64,000 nt of DNA from Anaerolineaceae bacterium (GTDB lineage Bacteria; Chloroflexota; Anaerolineae; Anaerolineales; Anaerolineaceae): positions 1,222 to 65,221 of the forward strand of contig PWSY01000101.1 in NCBI GenBank assembly GCA_003563055.1, read 5' to 3'. Positions 58,667-64,000 of the stretch are shown here, piece by piece. The number at the start of each line of letters is the position of its first letter. Position 1 is the first letter of the stretch. The position numbers were made by a program, and so were the translations under genes. The notes beneath the pieces were generated by a model, which did no database searches, was not told where the DNA came from, and saw only the letters and a list, made by a program, of their open reading frames with translations.

Positions 58667-59683
58667 ATGATGAAAGGAATGATAATGACAAGCCCAATGA
58701 TAAGTGTCCAAAACCTGACCAAGGTCTACCGGGTTCCTGAAAGACAGCCAGGGCTGGGGGCCTCTATCCAAAGCTTATTCAAACCACGTTACCGAGATGT
58801 CGAAGCTGTCTCCACAATCAACTTTGAGATTGAAGCCGGGGAGATGGTCGGCTTGATCGGTCCCAACGGCGCAGGAAAGACCACCACCCTCAAGATCCTG
58901 TCCGGCCTTCTTTACCCTACCTATGGGAAGGCAACTGTGGCCGGCTTTAGACCCTGGGAACGCTCACCAGAATACCTGCGGCGGATCAGCATGGTGATGG
59001 GCAACCGCAGTGCCCTAAACTGGGATATCCCTCCCATGGATAGCTTCCATGTTCTCTCGAAAATTTATAAGGTCCCAACATCTCATTATCAGAGGAACTT
59101 GGAGGCGTTGATCGAACTTTTAGATCTGCATCCGCTGCTTAAGAAACCTGTCCGCAACCTTTCCCTTGGCGAAAGGATGAAGTGCGAACTCGTGGCAGGG
59201 CTGCTCTACCAGCCAGACATCTTGTTTCTGGACGAACCGACCCTGGGGTTGGACGTTGCCATGCAGCGCCGTCTACGCCAATTTCTCCAGATATATAACC
59301 GCGAACATCATGTGACGGTCATCCTCACCACCCACTATATGGCAGATGTCACAGCCCTGTGTCCCCGGGTGATGCTGATCCACCATGGCCATTTAATTTA
59401 TGATGGTGCTTTACAGACCTTGGCAAAAAAACTGGCCCCTTTTAAATTGGTAAAGCTCCAGTTCAGCACCACTTCGACAGACTTTAAGGGGTTCATCACA
59501 CAGTTTGCAAATACAGAACGATTAACTTCAGAAAATGGGCACCATACGCTGCGAGTGCCTCGTGACAATGTCGCCCAACTCACTGCAAAATTGCTTGAGA
59601 CCCTGCCCATTGCCGACCTATCAATCGAAGACCCACCCATAGAAGCCGTCATAGACCAAATCTACGAGGAGGGCAGGGTATGA
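58667..59683 (+). CDS. ABC-2 type transporter ATP-binding protein
   Basis: GPNGAGKTT, LSLGERMKCE, FLDEPTLGLD, TTHYM. Start may be ATG 58685. Confidence 0.93.
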   Translation: MMKGMIMTSPMISVQNLTKVYRVPERQPGLGASIQSLFKPRYRDVEAVSTINFEIEAGEMVGLIGPNGAGKTTTLKILSGLLYPTYGKATVAGFRPWERSPEYLRRISMVMGNRSALNWDIPPMDSFHVLSKIYKVPTSHYQRNLEALIELLDLHPLLKKPVRNLSLGERMKCELVAGLLYQPDILFLDEPTLGLDVAMQRRLRQFLQIYNREHHVTVILTTHYMADVTALCPRVMLIHHGHLIYDGALQTLAKKLAPFKLVKLQFSTTSTDFKGFITQFANTERLTSENGHHTLRVPRDNVAQLTAKLLETLPIADLSIEDPPIEAVIDQIYEEGRV

Positions 59684-60471
59684 ACCACCAGGGCGGATGG
59701 GAACTGATCAAAAACACCTGGCAATCCTGGCTCCAGCATCGCGGATTCTTCTTCTTATTGGCCTTCGGCTGGATGCTGCCCCTACTGGTATATCTATTTA
59801 TTTGGTCTGCCGCGGCTGGTGATGGGTCTATTGCCGGTTTAACCCAGGAAACGCTGGCAGGCTACTACCTAATTTTAATCCTCACCAATCAGTTCACCTA
59901 TGCCACAACCAACTGGACCGTAGGGGATACAATCCGCATGGGACAGATTAGCCGCTGGCTCATCCAGCCCATGTCACCCCTCTTCCATGCCCTTTCAGCA
60001 GAGATCGCCGGTAAAGTTGTCTTTATGCTCTTCTCGATCCCGGTCACCGGGTTGCTTGCCTTGATCATCCAGCCGCAATTCAACCTGACCTGGTCTCAGG
60101 GAGGTTTGTTTTTACCCGCGATCCTTGTCGCCTGGGTTCTGCGCTTTTTCTGGGGGTACTGGCTGGCATTGCTGGCCTTCTGGGCAACCCGGGCCGATTC
60201 ACTGTTGACCCTGCAGGATACCTTTATCTTCCTGTTTGGGGGACACCTGGCGCCGTTGGCCTTGCTCCCGTCCTGGATGCAACCCTGGGCCAGAATCCTG
60301 CCCTTTCGGTATATGTCTGCTTTTCCGGTCGAAGTGCTGACCGGGCATCTCAGGCACAATGAAATCCTATGGGGTTTTGTCATCCAAGCTGGTTGGTCCC
60401 TAACGGCCATCATACTTTACCGGTTGGTCTGGTCACGCGGAGTCCGCCACTATGAATCTGTCGGAGGTTGA
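59680..60471 (+). CDS. ABC-2 family permease (DUF990-like)
   Basis: Six TM; IRMGQISRWLIQP, GGHLAPL, LPFRY, YESVGG; ATGA overlap with the ATPase. Confidence 0.9.
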   Translation: MNHQGGWELIKNTWQSWLQHRGFFFLLAFGWMLPLLVYLFIWSAAAGDGSIAGLTQETLAGYYLILILTNQFTYATTNWTVGDTIRMGQISRWLIQPMSPLFHALSAEIAGKVVFMLFSIPVTGLLALIIQPQFNLTWSQGGLFLPAILVAWVLRFFWGYWLALLAFWATRADSLLTLQDTFIFLFGGHLAPLALLPSWMQPWARILPFRYMSAFPVEVLTGHLRHNEILWGFVIQAGWSLTAIILYRLVWSRGVRHYESVGG

Positions 60472-60474
60472 GAA

Positions 60475-61266
60475 ATGTTTTACATCAAACTGATCCTTGC
60501 CTTTTTCAAGACATCCACCCAGAGTGAGTTGGCTTATCGTTCAAATTTCTTCATCCGACTGCTTAATTCCTTCCTTAACCTGCTGACCGGTGTTCTGAGC
60601 CTGGTAGTTATTTTCAACCAGGTGGAAACCCTTCAAGGCTGGGACATGCCATCTGCATTGGCCTTATTGGGGATTTATTTATTATTGGGTGCCCTGCGGG
60701 AGCTATTTATCGGGCCCAGCCTGGAATCCGTGACCGGTATGGACGGTGAAATCTGGACGGGGACTTTTGACTTCACCCTCCTGCGACCGGTGGATAAACA
60801 ATTCCTCTTGAGTTTTCGGCACTGGCGTATCTTTGCCTTGTTCGACCTGTTACTGGCCCTGGTCGTGCTGGGGGCAGCTATGGGTTTATTGGGCTCAGAC
60901 CTCTCCTTCGGTGCGGTGCTCAGCTTTATCCTCATGCTGCTGGCGGGGCTTGTTTTACTCTACGCAGCTCTGTTGGCTTTTTCTGCCCTTGTGTTTTGGA
61001 ATTCAGGGTTCCTGTTTACCTGGATCATCAACGACCTATTCCAGCTAGCCCGTTACCCAGTCAGTTTATATCCAAACTGGCTGCGCCTGATCCTGACCTG
61101 GATCATCCCGGTCGGCTTGATGACCACCATCCCCGCCCAGGCGCTCATCGGAACGCTGTCACCCTGGATGACGGCACTCACATTATTGTTCAGCCTTTCC
61201 AGCCTGTTTGCGGCCAGTATCCTGTTGCAGCACGGTCTGCGTAAATATACCAGTGCTTCCAGTTAA
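60475..61266 (+). CDS. ABC-2 family permease (DUF990-like)
   Basis: LAYRSNF, GWD, GTFDFTLLRPVD, RYPVSLYP, YTSASS. Confidence 0.9.
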   Translation: MFYIKLILAFFKTSTQSELAYRSNFFIRLLNSFLNLLTGVLSLVVIFNQVETLQGWDMPSALALLGIYLLLGALRELFIGPSLESVTGMDGEIWTGTFDFTLLRPVDKQFLLSFRHWRIFALFDLLLALVVLGAAMGLLGSDLSFGAVLSFILMLLAGLVLLYAALLAFSALVFWNSGFLFTWIINDLFQLARYPVSLYPNWLRLILTWIIPVGLMTTIPAQALIGTLSPWMTALTLLFSLSSLFAASILLQHGLRKYTSASS

Positions 61267-61515
61267 TTGTGTTTTTACTCTACCTGGCACAATAAACTTG
61301 CTCCTGCAGACATCATCTCCCTGAAACGCCACAAGCCTGACGAGACCAGGATCCCTTATCACTGAAAAATCCAGGGATATCACAGGCAGGCGGCAAAGTA
61401 TCCCTTTTTTTTATCTACAACCCTTTGAGAACAGCATACAGGTGCACATCATTGCCAGACACAATAAAAACCTGTATGATTAGAGGGTGAAGGCTGTCAG
61501 TGCAGCGGAGATATC

Positions 61516-63897
61516 ATGGTTGGCAAACGCGCCAAAATACTAATCCTTTTTCTTATATTACTGACCCTCACCATTTCGCCAGCACCAGTTGGCGCTCAAA
61601 GTGAATGGGTGGGGGTGCGTATTCCCGCACAGGAACTGCCAACCACCCGCCAGATATCTGATATAGTCATGATGACAATCGACTACAGCAGCTTCCACTG
61701 GGGGGTGATCTCCCGCGCAAACCTGGCCCACCTGGACTCTGCCGGCGTGAATTACCTGGGGTATGAAAACCCCTACCACCTCACCCTGGGCGGCCAATCT
61801 TTTGACCCGCTCGTATCCACACCTGTTTATGAATTATCCTGGGGACAAAAAGCTGTCTCCGCAGGGCCAGATCTGCACCTGGTTCAGTTTTACGGACCGA
61901 CAAAAACGGAATGGCTGACAAGCCTGGTAAGCGTTGACCTTGAAGTCGTTCAATATATCCACCCTTTTACCTATGTGGTATGGGGTACACCGGAAACTCT
62001 TGGAAATCTTAAAGAAGAAACCTTTGTCCGCTGGACAGGGGTTTACTTGCCTGCCTATGCGGTCCAGCCACAAAACCGGCAATTAGCTCATGAAACCCAC
62101 CTGGTGCGCATGATGATTTACCCGCAAGCTGATTTGGAAAGAACCACTCAAGCAATTGAAACCCTGGGTGGTGAACTACTGGGGGTTGCCAAGAATGTGG
62201 ACCCAAGCTTCGACCTGGCTACTTTCAACCTGCCCGGTGACCGTTTGTTAGCTGCTGCTTCGCTGCCAGGTGTGTATACCATCCAACCCCTGCCAACCGA
62301 CGGCGGAAACCGGGGAGAGATGAGCAACCAGGTTGTTGCCGGCAACCTCGATACCAATAACCGGGCCTTCCCCGGATACCTGGCCTGGCTGAGCAGTATT
62401 GGCCTTTCCGGCACGGGCGTTGTCATCGCCAACGTAGATGATGGTGTTGACCAGAACCATCCTGACCTGATTAACCGCATGCTGCCCTGTACCGGGTCCA
62501 CTTGCGCTGGTGTGATCGCCAAAGGGCACGGCACCCATACCGCCGGCATAATAGCCGGCGACGGCTCGTCCTTGGTTGCGGACAGCTTTGGATTCCTGCG
62601 CGGCCTGGGGATGGCGCCAGGTGCTAACCTGGTGGCCCAGGTCTATACCCTGGCCAGCACAGACCCTGACCAGATGTTAACCCTGATGACCCAATCCCAC
62701 CGCAATAACGCCGTCATTTCAGGGAATAGCTGGGGGCCTTCGAGCACCCCGCGGGGATACGACCTAGATACCCGGCTGGTCGATATTGGCGTTCGCGATG
62801 CCGACCCCCACCAGCCAGGCAACCAGCCCCTGACTTATATCCTCTCGATCATGAACGGTTTCGGAAAAAAATCTACCCAGGGAACACCGGATGAAGCGAA
62901 GAACATCCTTGTAGTTGGCAGCACCTACCTGCAAGATACTACTGGCATCCAACACCTGAATATCAACGATCTGTCGGTAAACACTGCCCATGGGCCTGCC
63001 CTCGATGGGCGGCATATCCCACACCTGGTCGCCCCGGGTTACTGTGTGGATTCAACCAACTTCCCGGGGTCCGGGCATTCCCTACGCTGCGGCACCAGCA
63101 TGGCGTCCCCCCATGTCACAGGCGCTGTGGCGCTCTTTTATGAGCACTATCGTACCCAGTATGGGGTTGACCCCAGCCCGGCCCTGGTCAAGGCCGCCTT
63201 CTTACCCGTTGCACATTCCCTGGCTGGAAATCGAGACGCAGATGGTAATAACCTGGGTCATCCCTTCGACTCAAAGCAGGGTTGGGGACGGCTGAATGCG
63301 AATGCTGTCTTGCAACCTGAGATGGAAGTGCTCTATTTTGACCAGGACTTCTTATTTGATGAAACCGGGCAAACCTGGTCGGTGGACCTTTCCAGCAGCG
63401 AACCAATCCAGGAATTACGAGCGATGCTGGTGTGGACCGACGCGCCCGGTCATGGCAAAGGGGGTGATACACCTGCCTGGGTGAATGATCTTGATCTGTC
63501 TATCTCCATAGCGGGTCAAACCTATTACGGGAATAATTTTGGTGGGGATGAGTACTCCATTCCGGGTGGTACACCCGATCGCATGAATAACACCGAGGGA
63601 ATCTTCTTGCGAGCATTACCGGCCGGTGAGTATACTTTTACCGTTACTGCCGCAAATATCAGCGGAGATGGCGTCCCGAATATCGGTGGGGAGACCGACC
63701 AGGACTTTGCCCTGGTAATCTACTATTCCCAAGGACCTGTCATTGAGCCTCCAACACCAACACTAACAGCAACTGAGATACCGTCTCCAACGCCAACTGA
63801 CACCCCAACCCCAACCCCAACTGAAACGGCACAGAAAAAATACCAGTATATTTTCCCCCTCTTCTATAAAAGTGTTGGGATTTACCAATCTGAATAG
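61516..63897 (+). CDS. Secreted S8 subtilisin-like serine protease
   Basis: Signal peptide; catalytic D (NVDDG), H (GHGTHTAG), S (GTSMASP); QGWGR; C-terminal beta domain (LVWTD, NDLDL, NNTE), PT linker and YIFPLFYK tail. Confidence 0.93.
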   Translation: MVGKRAKILILFLILLTLTISPAPVGAQSEWVGVRIPAQELPTTRQISDIVMMTIDYSSFHWGVISRANLAHLDSAGVNYLGYENPYHLTLGGQSFDPLVSTPVYELSWGQKAVSAGPDLHLVQFYGPTKTEWLTSLVSVDLEVVQYIHPFTYVVWGTPETLGNLKEETFVRWTGVYLPAYAVQPQNRQLAHETHLVRMMIYPQADLERTTQAIETLGGELLGVAKNVDPSFDLATFNLPGDRLLAAASLPGVYTIQPLPTDGGNRGEMSNQVVAGNLDTNNRAFPGYLAWLSSIGLSGTGVVIANVDDGVDQNHPDLINRMLPCTGSTCAGVIAKGHGTHTAGIIAGDGSSLVADSFGFLRGLGMAPGANLVAQVYTLASTDPDQMLTLMTQSHRNNAVISGNSWGPSSTPRGYDLDTRLVDIGVRDADPHQPGNQPLTYILSIMNGFGKKSTQGTPDEAKNILVVGSTYLQDTTGIQHLNINDLSVNTAHGPALDGRHIPHLVAPGYCVDSTNFPGSGHSLRCGTSMASPHVTGAVALFYEHYRTQYGVDPSPALVKAAFLPVAHSLAGNRDADGNNLGHPFDSKQGWGRLNANAVLQPEMEVLYFDQDFLFDETGQTWSVDLSSSEPIQELRAMLVWTDAPGHGKGGDTPAWVNDLDLSISIAGQTYYGNNFGGDEYSIPGGTPDRMNNTEGIFLRALPAGEYTFTVTAANISGDGVPNIGGETDQDFALVIYYSQGPVIEPPTPTLTATEIPSPTPTDTPTPTPTETAQKKYQYIFPLFYKSVGIYQSE

Positions 63898-64000
63898 GAA
63901 CTTCTCCTGCCCTGATCCCGTCATGTGCTTATGAAAAGAAAACCTAAAACCCAGAACCATAAAACCAGTCCTGCTAACAATTGGTTCAGAACACTGATCC

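Noticed and set aside
61320-61370. Hammerhead ribozyme core (CTGACGA with nearby GAAA)
   Set aside because: The required stems I-III cannot be formed with proper spacing.

Overview
A gene-dense 64 kb bacterial chromosomal segment. Protein features (Pro/Thr linkers, a C-terminal 'YIFPLF' motif, the DUF3090/SCO1664 pair, DHH-CBS nucleotidyltransferase) suggest an anaerobic Chloroflexota (Anaerolineae-like) host; this is an inference. Housekeeping genes include dnaE, polA, dnaA, rnj, a tRNA nucleotidyltransferase, tRNA-Lys(CTT), comEC, psuG, hutI and an ABC-F ATPase. Metabolic and accessory genes include two ABC systems, a TetR, a LacI/amylosucrase pair, a GH30, an AhpA/AhpT-like peroxiredoxin pair, a glycosylation trio (GT2, WbaP-like, WecC), a two-gene cytoplasmic [NiFe]-hydrogenase, a serpin lipoprotein, a subtilase and a large HEXXH surface protein. 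I saw no transposase, integrase, prophage or CRISPR array. The most unusual signals are: (i) G-rich 7-mer arrays directly after gene ends, one with nine GGG tracts; (ii) a hydrogenase large subunit ending DPCIACATQ*, with no terminal His and no cleavable extension; (iii) a tight DnaA-box cluster just upstream of that hydrogenase operon, while dnaA itself has no perfect boxes and no adjacent dnaN; (iv) a promoter-terminator leader ahead of rnj; (v) a probable ATA start codon; (vi) a DUF3090 protein lacking its Cys motif; (vii) back-to-back probably leaderless genes; and (viii) a decayed, repeat-rich region at 37.2-40.2 kb. All calls come from reading the sequence by eye; no searches were run.
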